From a virus (taxonomy: Duplodnaviria; Heunggongvirae; Uroviricota; Caudoviricetes): a stretch of DNA of 42,056 bases. Location of the stretch: IMG/VR virus record IMGVR_UViG_2917413769_000001, positions 1 through 42,056 of that record; one strand, given 5' to 3'. Numbering within the stretch: the first letter of the stretch is position 1; every line of letters starts with the position of its first letter. The notes under the pieces were generated by a model. The model did no database searches and had not been told where the DNA came from. It saw nothing but the letters and a program-made list of their open reading frames with translations. Made by a program: the position numbers and the translations under genes. Positions 19,910-28,602 of the stretch are shown in pieces.

Positions 19910-20003
19910 CCGGGCGTTTCTGTCTCCCCCGGTATAACCTGCCTTCCGATATGCCTCATACTTGTTGCGGCACTCCAGATAGTAGGAAACGAAAAGTTTT
20001 TCT

Positions 20004-20294
20004 TTATCGGAGAGATCTGCGCAAAAAGGGGATCTTTCGGGATTCTGTTTTTGCGCAGTTTTTTAATGCCCTTCTCTTACCCTTCCCTTGTTCTGGCGCG
20101 GCCTTATCAGGATTCTGCGCGATAACCTGCGCAGTTTTTTTTTGCGCATTATTCTGCGCAGACTTTTTTATGTAGCGGCGGGCTGTGTCGTAAACCAATC
20201 CCTGCTGTTCACACCAGTCTTTCATCTTTATTCCCGTACTGGCGTGAGCGGCAGCAAACTGAGATTGCAGCTCCTTCCAGTCGGGTTTGCTCAT
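20004..20294 (-). CDS. HTH DNA-binding protein with AQ-repeat tail; possibly the start of a frameshifted small terminase
   Basis: ATG at 20294 overlaps upstream stop (ATGA); N-terminal HTH-like segment KDWCEQQGLVYDTARRYI; C-terminus low complexity encoded by CTGCGCA repeats. Confidence 0.4.
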   Translation of the reverse strand: MSKPDWKELQSQFAAAHASTGIKMKDWCEQQGLVYDTARRYIKKSAQNNAQKKTAQVIAQNPDKAAPEQGKGKRRALKNCAKTESRKIPFLRRSLR

Positions 20295-20557
20295 CAATCA
20301 CTGTCCTTACTGCGCGAAAGCCTCATCAGCTCGTTATAAACGTAGACGTACACGTCACCGTTACGGGCACGTTTGTATAACGCCCCTCGCAATTTGGCCT
20401 CGCCTTTTGCCGTCCCGATACGGATGGCCTCACGAAATAGCGCTAGCCTCTCCCTGTCCTGCCTCAGTTCGTCCATATCAATATCGAGCACGTCTGCAAT
20501 CTGCTGTTCCGTCAAACGACGGGCGGCCAACGCCTCTATTTTTTCACGAACGAACAT
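20294..20557 (-). CDS. Small HTH DNA-binding protein (possible packaging-specificity protein)
   Basis: Internal ATG at 20557 (MFVREK...) avoids overlap with upstream gene; sigma-r4-like HTH LTEQQIADVLDID. Confidence 0.4.
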   Translation of the reverse strand: MFVREKIEALAARRLTEQQIADVLDIDMDELRQDRERLALFREAIRIGTAKGEAKLRGALYKRARNGDVYVYVYNELMRLSRSKDSD

Positions 20558-20618
20558 AAGCACCTCTACGATTTGATATGCAATACCATCGTAATGACGC
20601 CCTGTAGTGGCTGCTGTT

Positions 20619-21236
20619 TTAAATCCGGCAAAAGGTATAGCTACCAATACCATCTCGACCAAGCTCGCTTTCGCGGGTGTTGTGTTCCACCAGCTTAAAC
20701 CCGTTAGCTGCAAACCATTTTAAGAGCCCATCATGAGTCCAGTACCAGATATGCTCATCACGGCGGAAATGACGGGACCGCAGTACATGCTCTGCGCACT
20801 CAAAGATGGGTACTGAAACGAATACCCATTTTTCCGCCCGCGCGATGGCAACCTCTGGCCGATCGATATGTTCCAGGGAATCCCAGAACGTCAGCGCCGG
20901 ATATCGGTCATGGTATAAATGCGCCCACTGTCCTCGCGCTTTCAGCCACTCAACGCCCGCAGGATTTACATCAAATCCCTTGGTATCCGGACGTGCTTCA
21001 ACAAATTGCCCGGCACCGATGCCAACATCCAGAACAACACCGCTGTAATGTCGCGAAACTAACTGGACCCGTGCCGCAGTCAACTCTCTACCTAGTTCGG
21101 TATCAGCCAGTTGCTGGTATCGTGAAAAATAATCTTCATCGTACGGTCGATGGGCCTTCGGCACCGGGTAACGACCAATACCCAATTCAGGCAGCCACGC
21201 CAGCCCATGTTTGATTTGCTCAGAGAAATACTTCAT
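20619..21236 (-). CDS. Class I SAM-dependent methyltransferase
   Basis: 205 aa; motif I VLDVGIGAGQF and downstream FWDSLEHI. Confidence 0.6.
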   Translation of the reverse strand: MKYFSEQIKHGLAWLPELGIGRYPVPKAHRPYDEDYFSRYQQLADTELGRELTAARVQLVSRHYSGVVLDVGIGAGQFVEARPDTKGFDVNPAGVEWLKARGQWAHLYHDRYPALTFWDSLEHIDRPEVAIARAEKWVFVSVPIFECAEHVLRSRHFRRDEHIWYWTHDGLLKWFAANGFKLVEHNTRESELGRDGIGSYTFCRI

Positions 21237-22140
21237 GCGCCCACTCGCTTACGTGATGCCTGATATACGTTATCGATAAAGGGCTGCACCCGTGAAGAAA
21301 GCCCACTGATTGTTTTGTCGCAAGCGTGTTTCATCTCCTGGCACCGGCAATAGTTATCCGGGTATACAAACAACGCGCGGGATAAATCCATACAACGGGG
21401 ATCGGTAACTTTAGAGTGGTGGTTATTGCCGCCATTGCCGCCCTGCAAGCAGATCATCGGTTTACCGTAAGCAAGCGCAGCGTGCATGACGACACATGCA
21501 CCCGTAAGCACTATGTCGGCCCTTTCCACCAGCGCCAGCATCTGCGTGATAGAAAGCTGGCCATCATGCAGCTTCCGGTGCGCGAAAGGTTCCAGATCCG
21601 GTATCCACTCCAGACCAGGCTCGTTATCTGCAATGCTGATAACATGAAAACCGCGTATTGCCAGTAACCGGGAAACTTCATCCACATATTTGTTCAGCGG
21701 CCCGCGGCTGGCATTGTGCCACTCGGTACGTTCTGTGGTGGGACGTATAACGGCTATTGGCTTACCATCGGTACCGGAATATCCGGCGGAGGGTAATGCG
21801 GTAAATCCATCGCTGCCGGCAGCGTACCAAATTGCTGCTGCATCGCGTCGAATATGCTCCCGGCCTGAAGATGGCCATTGCCGTAAAAAATGCGCTGACG
21901 GGGAATGCCTGGCGGTTCAGATTCAAATCTCACCGATGTGCTTTGCTCGTTCTTACGCTGCGTCCGCAATGGCGTATTGGCCTTCACGAAATGCAGGTTC
22001 GGGATCCCGGCGTAAATTTCCGGAAGTGGCGTTCTCAGCCATACCTCTTTTCCCTGTTTGACCAGCGCCTTAATGAAGCAGCGCTGGTTGATATTGTCAC
22101 CGATGCCGTGCATCCCGTCTAAGTACAGTTTTCCAGGCAT
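21233..22140 (-). pseudogene. GT9-family (heptosyltransferase-like) glycosyltransferase, interrupted by a frameshift
   Basis: N-terminal ORF (to 21754) has GIGDNINQRCFIKAL and AMQQQFGTLPAAMDLPHY; C-terminal frame, open from 21916, has PIAVIRPTTERTEWH and DIVLTGACVVMHAALAYGKPMICLQGG, both resembling WaaC-type motifs; the two frames overlap 21757-21916. Confidence 0.5.
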
Positions 22141-22678
22141 AAAGTGCCGCCTCAAGTGGTAAACGTTTAAAGCAAGTCAGCGCGGTCTCGCGTGACGCGT
22201 TGATAATCTCCACGCCCGGCAGAGCGCCAGCGAGAGAAGCAAAGTCGGTATGCCAGCGCCCTACTTCGCGCGGTACCGGATTATGCATCGTTGCCGGGTG
22301 GCGCCCATGCCAGTGTGCGCCGTTCACCAGGGTGCAGTCGTATCCGAGAAGAATCACCCTCTCTGCGCCGAGGTGGGCGGCGAGTTGAATGGCACGCTTC
22401 CCGGAGTTGAACGGCCCATTTTCTGATGGGGTGAAAAGCTTCACGCCGAACCGGGAATGAGCCCGTTTGCTCTGAGTCCATAGTTCGGCGCTGGTTTCCA
22501 GCGAATCGTAGTAATGGTCCCACCAGGTGAAATCGGCGGCGAAGATGTGCTGACAGTCTGGTACGGCCCTCCAGCTCGAATTAACTGCAATGACCGGGTA
22601 ACCGGAGCCGGAGGCCTGTGCGCAGTCGTTCGCCGTCAGCGACGGGCCGCTGGCGATGCAGATAAAGGTTTGGGTCAT
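22097..22678 (-). CDS. GT42/DUF115-like Rossmann-fold protein (sialyltransferase-like motifs)
   Basis: 193 aa; N-terminal ICIASGPSL and later SGKRAIQLAAHLGAERVILLGYDC resemble GT42 (Cst-II-type) IIAGNGPSL and SG...A..LG...I.L.G.D motifs, recalled from memory. Confidence 0.35.
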   Translation of the reverse strand: MTQTFICIASGPSLTANDCAQASGSGYPVIAVNSSWRAVPDCQHIFAADFTWWDHYYDSLETSAELWTQSKRAHSRFGVKLFTPSENGPFNSGKRAIQLAAHLGAERVILLGYDCTLVNGAHWHGRHPATMHNPVPREVGRWHTDFASLAGALPGVEIINASRETALTCFKRLPLEAALYAWKTVLRRDARHR

Positions 22679-22736
22679 AGGGATAGTTGGTCAGGTTGGC
22701 ATTATCACAGGCACTTAGGGAATGCCTGCTGTAATG

Positions 22737-23138
22737 TCAGTCTTTAAGATATTTATCGGTGTTATGTACCCGCTCGCTCATAAGCAGCTCTGCACCTGTA
22801 CTGGTTACGATGGCGCTGTGGTGAGGGTGAACATTTTCAGCCATCCACTTAATCAGTGGCTCTGCTGCTTCTGCAAAAGAGTCAGCGTCCTGTTCGTAAA
22901 CCGGACTGCATTTGATTTCATCAACCCGATAAAGCCGAATGGCTTGAAGTTCTAAGGAATCAGGGGTCGGGGCAAGAGAAATAAATTCGCTACCGTGAAG
23001 TTTTTGCGGGTTGACCTGATCCTTTGAATAGCCGGTGAAGAATGGTTGTCTTTTTTCCGCCAACATTTGCGTTATCACAGATTTAGGCTGCTGCTCGAAT
23101 AGCTCTACTTTCCAGTATTTGACCAACTTAATTTCCAT
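22737..23138 (-). CDS. Hypothetical protein
   Basis: 133-aa ORF between HNH endonuclease and the glycosyltransferase/MTase cassette. Confidence 0.3.
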   Translation of the reverse strand: MEIKLVKYWKVELFEQQPKSVITQMLAEKRQPFFTGYSKDQVNPQKLHGSEFISLAPTPDSLELQAIRLYRVDEIKCSPVYEQDADSFAEAAEPLIKWMAENVHPHHSAIVTSTGAELLMSERVHNTDKYLKD

Positions 23139-23200
23139 TATTTGTTCCTGTCACTTTGTCGTAGGTTCGTTCGCAGCTTGATCCTGCTGCATAGCGTTCA

Positions 23201-23716
23201 TCAGCCTCTTTTGCGAATTTTCCCGCCATTATTTGCAAATTCACCGTGAGCGGCTTCTCGGAATTCACGCACAGCCTTCTCAGCATCACCTATATCAGTG
23301 AAGCAACCAAGGTGACGAGCATTCCCCTTTATTTTGCATTTCGCGTGCCATTTCTTGTCCCCTTTATGCCAGCAAACACCTTTTATTCCTGAGGTATTAT
23401 TGCGCGACAGCCTTGTGTTTCGCATATTTTCCACTGGAGAGGCGTTACGAAGATTACAAATCCGATTATCATTCTTCACGCCATTGATATGGTCGACCTG
23501 CTCAGACGGCCATATTCCGTTGGTGTAAAACAAAGCCAACCGATGCGCTAAATAAGCCAAGGAATTAATCCTGATCTGGACATATCCATTAGTATCTGGC
23601 GAGCCCGCAATACAACCCGCATGAACACCACCGCGAGATTCAAGCCAATAAAAAACCCCGGTATCGGAGTTATATTTCAACAAGCGTTTAAGCTGTTGTT
23701 GATCAATTACGGCCAT
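23201..23716 (-). CDS. HNH endonuclease with AP2 DNA-binding domain
   Basis: HNH_3-type motif VDHINGVKNDNRICNLRNA; AP2-like GVCWHKGDKKWHAKCKIKGNARHLGCF. Confidence 0.8.
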   Translation of the reverse strand: MAVIDQQQLKRLLKYNSDTGVFYWLESRGGVHAGCIAGSPDTNGYVQIRINSLAYLAHRLALFYTNGIWPSEQVDHINGVKNDNRICNLRNASPVENMRNTRLSRNNTSGIKGVCWHKGDKKWHAKCKIKGNARHLGCFTDIGDAEKAVREFREAAHGEFANNGGKIRKRG

Positions 23717-24236
23717 TGGTTACTCTCCTGTATGTGTTTTCACAGGTTTTTCCTGCCGTGTAAGCTTCATCAGCGAATTTTGCCAACTGTTGATTGCGAT
23801 CGACAGATTTTGAGAGCATGTCGGCAAGCACTCTTGTGGTCTGGGCTTTTGCCGCGCCTGCTGCTGCAATTGCGGAAATGCGGCCGGTTTCACTTCCTGC
23901 GAGCTGCCTGCGTAGCGTGGCGAGTTGTTGCTGCAACCCATCACCAGCACGCTGAGCAGCGTCAGCATCAGCCTGTACTTTCGCCAGTTCCATATCTGCA
24001 CGTTTCCGCTCCTCGTCTGCCGCCTGCTGACGTCGCCGTTCTTTGGCTCGCTCGGCAACCTCTCGGTGTATAGTTGCGGTTGAGTCAGCCAGATCCCGCT
24101 GTAGCCATTGCTGCTTCCAGACTGAATCCGCCGACTCATATCCCGCGTCGTATGCTCGCCATAACAAAAAAGCCACCAGCAAAGTGATCGCCAGCGGCTT
24201 CCAGTATTTCCCCAGGTACTCGAACAGCGCAGTCAT
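23703..24236 (-). CDS. Rz-like i-spanin
   Basis: 177 aa; N-terminal [14 protein letters not shown] then charged coiled coil; directly downstream of endolysin. Confidence 0.6.
   Translation of the reverse strand: MTALFEYLGKYWKPLAITLLVAFLLWRAYDAGYESADSVWKQQWLQRDLADSTATIHREVAERAKERRRQQAADEERKRADMELAKVQADADAAQRAGDGLQQQLATLRRQLAGSETGRISAIAAAGAAKAQTTRVLADMLSKSVDRNQQLAKFADEAYTAGKTCENTYRRVTNGRN
23720..23968 (-). CDS. Rz1-like o-spanin (embedded in Rz in another frame)
   Basis: Internal start [13 protein letters not shown] with lipobox Cys; Pro-rich; wholly inside the Rz gene. Confidence 0.5.
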   Translation of the reverse strand: MLTLLSVLVMGCSNNSPRYAGSSQEVKPAAFPQLQQQARQKPRPQECLPTCSQNLSIAINSWQNSLMKLTRQEKPVKTHTGE

Positions 24237-24844
24237 ACAAGCACCGATTTCGCCTTGTCATAGCGGGTCTGCCGATCATCGAGGCCGTTAGTGCCACCGT
24301 TGATGATTTTCGTAACAGCTTTGACATCCCCGGAGTGCTTCAGACAGCCTTTTGCGGTATAGAACCACGCCGCCGAACGGGCTGCATATTCATCCTGCTC
24401 CAAAAGCTGAGGAACCAGTAACAAATCGGCACCCAGACCAGCACCACAATCCCGGTAATTGTCGTGACCGGTAATCTGAATCAGTCCACGGCCGCGATAA
24501 TTCCATCCATCGTTTTGTCCAATATTCCCCATGCGATTTGCATAGACGATATTGGCAATGCCTTTTTGATCCGCCGGGTGATTAGCAGTACGTCCGTACT
24601 TCTGCGCGGTTTCGGTAGTGAAATATTTCCCGAATGTCGCTTTCAGGCCATCAGCAGAATAATTCAGGTTTTCAACAATACGTGTGAAACCTCCAGACTC
24701 ATGCCCCACCTGAGCGATAAACATCGCCTGATCCAGCGGTGAGATAATGCCGAATTCTTTCATCTCTGCATCGATATGCGGAAACCAGCGCGCAGCCAGT
24801 CCGGCGCTGATACCAGCCGCCATTTGAAATTGTTGTTGGTTCAT
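24233..24844 (-). CDS. Endolysin, glycoside hydrolase family 19-like
   Basis: 203 aa; motifs QVGHESGGF and [15 protein letters not shown] typical of GH19 phage lysozymes. Confidence 0.8.
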   Translation of the reverse strand: MNQQQFQMAAGISAGLAARWFPHIDAEMKEFGIISPLDQAMFIAQVGHESGGFTRIVENLNYSADGLKATFGKYFTTETAQKYGRTANHPADQKGIANIVYANRMGNIGQNDGWNYRGRGLIQITGHDNYRDCGAGLGADLLLVPQLLEQDEYAARSAAWFYTAKGCLKHSGDVKAVTKIINGGTNGLDDRQTRYDKAKSVLV

Positions 24845-25125
24845 TAGTGCCTCAGATGATCAACAAGGCGCGCAACGTTGCCTCTGACGGCCACCAGCAC
24901 GGCAAGGAATATGATGTTGGCCCCGATAGTTGCCCACGAAGAATGAGGATAAATGCCGCAAAGATAAGCCAGGGGCACGGCACTGTAAGTCACCGCGATA
25001 AGCCATGCCAGACGCGAAATCCACGGGCGATGTCGTGAATCTCCCCGGCGGTAAAACATAATAGTAATGACCACTCCGGCGCACAGCAGCGCGTTTACCG
25101 TTGCTGACGGGTCATTTAGTACCAC
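24844..25125 (-). CDS. Lysis-associated membrane protein (holin/antiholin-like)
   Basis: 93 aa with two or three hydrophobic segments; immediately upstream of endolysin. Confidence 0.45.
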   Translation of the reverse strand: MVLNDPSATVNALLCAGVVITIMFYRRGDSRHRPWISRLAWLIAVTYSAVPLAYLCGIYPHSSWATIGANIIFLAVLVAVRGNVARLVDHLRH

Positions 25126-25498
25126 CTGAACCTCCCCGGCGCGTTATCAGCGCCACCAGCGAGCCGACATCCTGGTTATTCAGGAATGTCAGGATTTTAA
25201 CGGCTAAAGCAGAAACGATTACGGCACCGATGGCATCCAGCGGTTTATCACTATACCCGGTCAGGTTCGTCAGTTTGGAACCCACCAGTCCGGAACAAAG
25301 GATCCCGGCAATATACGACACAACGAAATATGCCATCCGACGCGCCGCGCTCAGATCTGACGCTGTTGCGATGTAGAATACAGCCCCTGCAAATGCGCCA
25401 AATACGACACCATAATCAGTTCCAGTAAGTAACCCATAGACACTGGCACCTGTCAGGACACCACCAGCCAGCCCTGAGCCTGAGATCGGTTCGGACAT
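25112..25498 (-). CDS. Holin-like membrane protein
   Basis: Start moved to internal ATG at 25498 preceded by GAGGGGG; Gly-rich with several TM segments; first gene of lysis cassette. Confidence 0.5.
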   Translation of the reverse strand: MSEPISGSGLAGGVLTGASVYGLLTGTDYGVVFGAFAGAVFYIATASDLSAARRMAYFVVSYIAGILCSGLVGSKLTNLTGYSDKPLDAIGAVIVSALAVKILTFLNNQDVGSLVALITRRGGSGGTK

Positions 25499-25637
25499 GT
25501 AGCCCCCTCTTAATTGCTGTGAGTCCTCCCAACGTTGAGGGGAAGAAATGCCGCGTCTGCGGCTGTTGATTTCAGGTTCACGGACTGAATTTAAACGTTG
25601 AAGCCTATCGGTGATGGTTCCCGGAACCCTAAACTGA

Positions 25638-25661
25638 AAGGGCTGCCAGCTGGCAGCCCTT
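25638..25661. other. 24-nt perfect palindrome AAGGGCTGCCAGCTGGCAGCCCTT (strong hairpin or protein-binding site)
   Basis: Exact inverted repeat in the non-coding Q-holin interval, about 140 nt upstream of the holin start. Confidence 0.4.
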
Positions 25662-25868
25662 AAACGAAGAATCTCGCTGAAACGAGACGAAATGAATTTG
25701 AGACACCCCATCCAACAAACCATTCAGGTTATCTGGATTTTTTACACAGCAATTTTGCAAAAAACCGCGCCCACTCAAACCAGAAATGCTTCCCGGTCAC
25801 TCAGGGAAACCCCATCATCGCAGACCGAAAAGCGTAAACAGGAACAGCCAGCGGGAATCGAATCCGCA

Positions 25869-25945
25869 TGGTCCGCCACCGGGGGCTCGAACCCCGTACA
25901 ATCAAATTAAAAGGCTGATGCTCTGTCCTGGTGAGCTAGTGGCGG
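25869..25945 (-). tRNA. tRNA-like element (possible phage tRNA or pseudo-tRNA; anticodon UUU if functional)
   Basis: Reverse complement folds as a cloverleaf: 7-bp acceptor CCGCCAC/GTGGCGG, D-stem GCTC/GAGC with GG loop, T-arm CGGGG-TTCGAGC-CCCCG, encoded CCA; anticodon stem weak (3 WC + 1 GU + 1 mismatch). Confidence 0.35.
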
Positions 25946-26598
25946 CTGACAGGTTTCACTAAATCGGTATGTAAAAAATTGCCAACTAATGAATAGCTGG
26001 CAATATGAACAAACAAACCGTGAAATTATCATAATAAGGAATAAGTATTGTCCCAAAATTACCTCCAGCGTTAATTAGCGTATGCCTATACTGCTCTTTC
26101 CGCAATGGAACACCCTTCACTTTCAGATTTAGTTATTGCCACTGGATGGTTTAGCGAAAATCGCTCTAAATCCTCGCCCAGTCCATGGCCGGCGGAGATA
26201 TAATACAGGTTTAACTAAGATGGCCTGCAGGATTATACAACTCAACTTTTTCCAGGCGGCCAAAAGTGCTACACACCCAGATATTTCATGGGCTTTATAA
26301 GGTAGTTACCTCTGGGTTTCATAGTTTACTCACGAATGATTTGCATGGGCAAAATTTACCCCAAATGAAAAACCACACCATATCAGGAGGTTTAATTTTC
26401 TGATCAAGTGTACGCATTCTTAATTAGAAAGCAGAAACCATCATAAAACACAAAATCCCCACGGAGTTAACCGCAGGGCTTGAATGAATTCTCTAACGAA
26501 TGAGCACAATACCCCATCATTGGAATCAGATTAGGCAATTTTATTCAAACATGCAATACTTCGTTGCCATCATGTTGTCAAAATTTACTAACAGGCAT

Positions 26599-27411
26599 CT
26601 ATCGTGTGACAGACTTCAATGCAGCATCAGCATGAGACTCTTCTACATGGCACTGGCTTACCAGAAGCTCAAACAGCGGCTTAAAGTTGCGTGACCATGT
26701 CGGTTGGCTTATTGTCATCACGCCTTCACACAACGCCTTGCGCACGCTCTCTGCCGGAAGCCTGGCATAACCACGGCCTGAGCATTTCCCGCATTCCTTC
26801 ATCACCGGCACGCCCTGAAGTTCCGTCGCCTTCTTATCCAGCACCTTCCCCTTACCATGACAACGACACGCATTGCTGATAACACCTTTGCCGTTACAGG
26901 TATTGCACATAACCCGCGCGGTTTCCCGTACCGACTTCCATTCTTCCCAGTAAGATGGATAAACCCCATTCGTGATTGCGGCCCATTTTGGTGGCTTACC
27001 GTCTGGATATTGAACCTTGTTTGTGAAGACATCAGCTTCGGTGAAGCCGCTACCAGCGCAGCAATCGCACTGCCTGACACTTGCCGCACTGCGCGTATAA
27101 TCCTGATACGCAAAAGCGCACATAATTTCGAGAACGCGTCGGCGAATTGTTTCATCGAGTTCAGTAACTGATTTACAACGTCGTGACAACTCAACTGCTG
27201 ACACATACAGTTCCTCCAATGCCCTGTCAGGGCTGCTGATTCCAATTTTTGCAAGGTACAGATCAAAGCCAAATCCACACCTGGCATTTACCAGCCCCAG
27301 CGCTGCCATTACATCTGTACCGGTCAGGTTATCGGTGGCCGTCGCCCGCGAAGAATCACTGAACATCGGGGACTTTGGAGCAAAATATTTTGCGATTGAT
27401 TCAAGGTTCAT
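26599..27411 (-). CDS. Late-gene antiterminator Q (Cys-rich lambdoid Q family)
   Basis: 270 aa with multiple CxxC motifs (CDCC, CNTCNGKG, CRCHGKG, CGKCSGRG); between nin genes and lysis cassette. Confidence 0.65.
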   Translation of the reverse strand: MNLESIAKYFAPKSPMFSDSSRATATDNLTGTDVMAALGLVNARCGFGFDLYLAKIGISSPDRALEELYVSAVELSRRCKSVTELDETIRRRVLEIMCAFAYQDYTRSAASVRQCDCCAGSGFTEADVFTNKVQYPDGKPPKWAAITNGVYPSYWEEWKSVRETARVMCNTCNGKGVISNACRCHGKGKVLDKKATELQGVPVMKECGKCSGRGYARLPAESVRKALCEGVMTISQPTWSRNFKPLFELLVSQCHVEESHADAALKSVTR

Positions 27412-27548
27412 TACGTGACTCCTGCTTTCTGAATTAAACGAGCGGCGTTACGGATGATGCGATAATCGGTCAGAACTGAGCCAGAAAAGCGGTATAGGCG
27501 CAGTCGCACCCAGTAAGTTTTGAGTGCTGCGGTTATTTCCTTTTTCAT
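27411..27548 (-). CDS. Small conserved nin-region protein (YlcG-like position)
   Basis: 45-aa [24 protein letters not shown]...; ATG overlaps rusA stop (ATGA) and its stop overlaps the Q start. Confidence 0.4.
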   Translation of the reverse strand: MKKEITAALKTYWVRLRLYRFSGSVLTDYRIIRNAARLIQKAGVT

Positions 27549-27907
27549 GCGCTCTCCAGTTCAGTAATAATCAGTTCAGGCTTGCCGCCTTTGAAGACTG
27601 GCATTCTCTTCATGCTGTAGTAATCAACCTGTTGGTCGTCGAGCCAAAACCTGGATTTTGTCAGCGCGTCGAATGCAGCTTTTTGCAGGTTATCCAGGTC
27701 ACGGCGGCGGCTGTCCGGCATGTGGCATTCGACAAGGATTTTCACCGGTGTTGCCAGGCCGATATCCAGCATTGCGTTTTTAATGATTAGGGCGACGTTA
27801 TCGCGGTATGCCAGCCCCTCTGCGCTGATGTGCGTGCGCCCGCGATTATGGCGGTAGTAGCGGTTGTTGCTCGGGGGCCATGGGAGACTGAGGCGATATT
27901 CATTCAT
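27545..27907 (-). CDS. rusA: Holliday junction resolvase RusA
   Basis: Internal start [31 protein letters not shown]...; near-identical motifs to RusA as recalled from E. coli DLP12. Confidence 0.85.
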   Translation of the reverse strand: MNEYRLSLPWPPSNNRYYRHNRGRTHISAEGLAYRDNVALIIKNAMLDIGLATPVKILVECHMPDSRRRDLDNLQKAAFDALTKSRFWLDDQQVDYYSMKRMPVFKGGKPELIITELESA

Positions 27908-28194
27908 GCTTTTACGATCCCCTCTTTCAGCCAGATAACCTGCGTTCTCGCCATACCTTCCAGCGCGCATTCTTTTGCATACTCAGCATCGACAAAATGT
28001 GTACGGCGGTCGATCTCGTCGTGACAGGCAGAGCATGCAATGGTGGCAATCAGGTCAGGCGGTTTGATTCCGGTGCCACATAACCCGGCCAGGCGAATGT
28101 GCGCCAGTACAGACGTTTCCGGGTTACCGTTGCAGACATTTGGAATTCTTACCTGGCACTCTCTTCCCTTCGCCGCTTTACTTAATTTACTCAT
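27904..28194 (-). CDS. YbcO-like protein (DUF1364-type, Cys-rich)
   Basis: Start [14 protein letters not shown] at 28194; Cys motifs; immediately upstream of rusA as in DLP12-type nin regions. Confidence 0.5.
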   Translation of the reverse strand: MSKLSKAAKGRECQVRIPNVCNGNPETSVLAHIRLAGLCGTGIKPPDLIATIACSACHDEIDRRTHFVDAEYAKECALEGMARTQVIWLKEGIVKA

Positions 28195-28451
28195 TGAACA
28201 TGCCCCCACGTTTCACCACGGATGACACAACCAACAGCGCCCCTTCCGATATTTACCCATCGACTAACAGATCTAACTCTGCCGAAATTGCTAACTTCAT
28301 ACAGGCCCTCGAAACCCAGAACAGGCCGCCATCGCTCATTGCTTTCATCAATGTGGCATTCCCGGCCACGCGCAGCTTTTCGAAGATTAGTCATGTTCAC
28401 CCCCAGACCTTTTGTCGGAAGGTTCTCGGCGTCCGTGCCGGACGTCCGCAC
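28191..28451 (-). CDS. Truncated NUMOD4-motif homing-endonuclease-like fragment
   Basis: WRPVLGFEGLYEVSNFGRVRS matches the NUMOD4 signature; preceded by MTNLRKAARGRECHI, which echoes the YbcO N-terminus; no HNH catalytic motif before the stop. Confidence 0.35.
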   Translation of the reverse strand: MRTSGTDAENLPTKGLGVNMTNLRKAARGRECHIDESNERWRPVLGFEGLYEVSNFGRVRSVSRWVNIGRGAVGCVIRGETWGHVQ

Positions 28452-28602
28452 TCCGGCAATTTCACGCTGACCGTCCAGGTAAGGAAATCAGAATTGAGGC
28501 TTTTTTCGGTCCTGATACCGCGCGCCCGATACCGGGCCATCAGTTCGTCAGCCTGCTCGGTTGTGCATTCGGGATGGTGAAAAAAAGAATGTTTCATCTC
28601 CA

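Noticed and set aside
25851-25867. Second T-arm-like motif GCGGGAATCGAATCCGC just beside the tRNA-like element
   Set aside because: No acceptor stem or encoded CCA in register, and the stem has a mismatch; probably chance similarity or debris of a second decayed tRNA.
26221-26240. 11-nt match CCTGCAGGATT to the 3' region of the tRNA-Arg gene, considered as a possible att-core remnant
   Set aside because: An 11-mer match to any part of a 77-nt tRNA is within chance expectation for a window this size, and it lies mid-prophage rather than at a boundary.
28140-28580. 146-aa plus-strand ORF in the nin region
   Set aside because: Antisense to the minus-strand nin genes, Ser/Pro/Arg-rich low complexity, no RBS.
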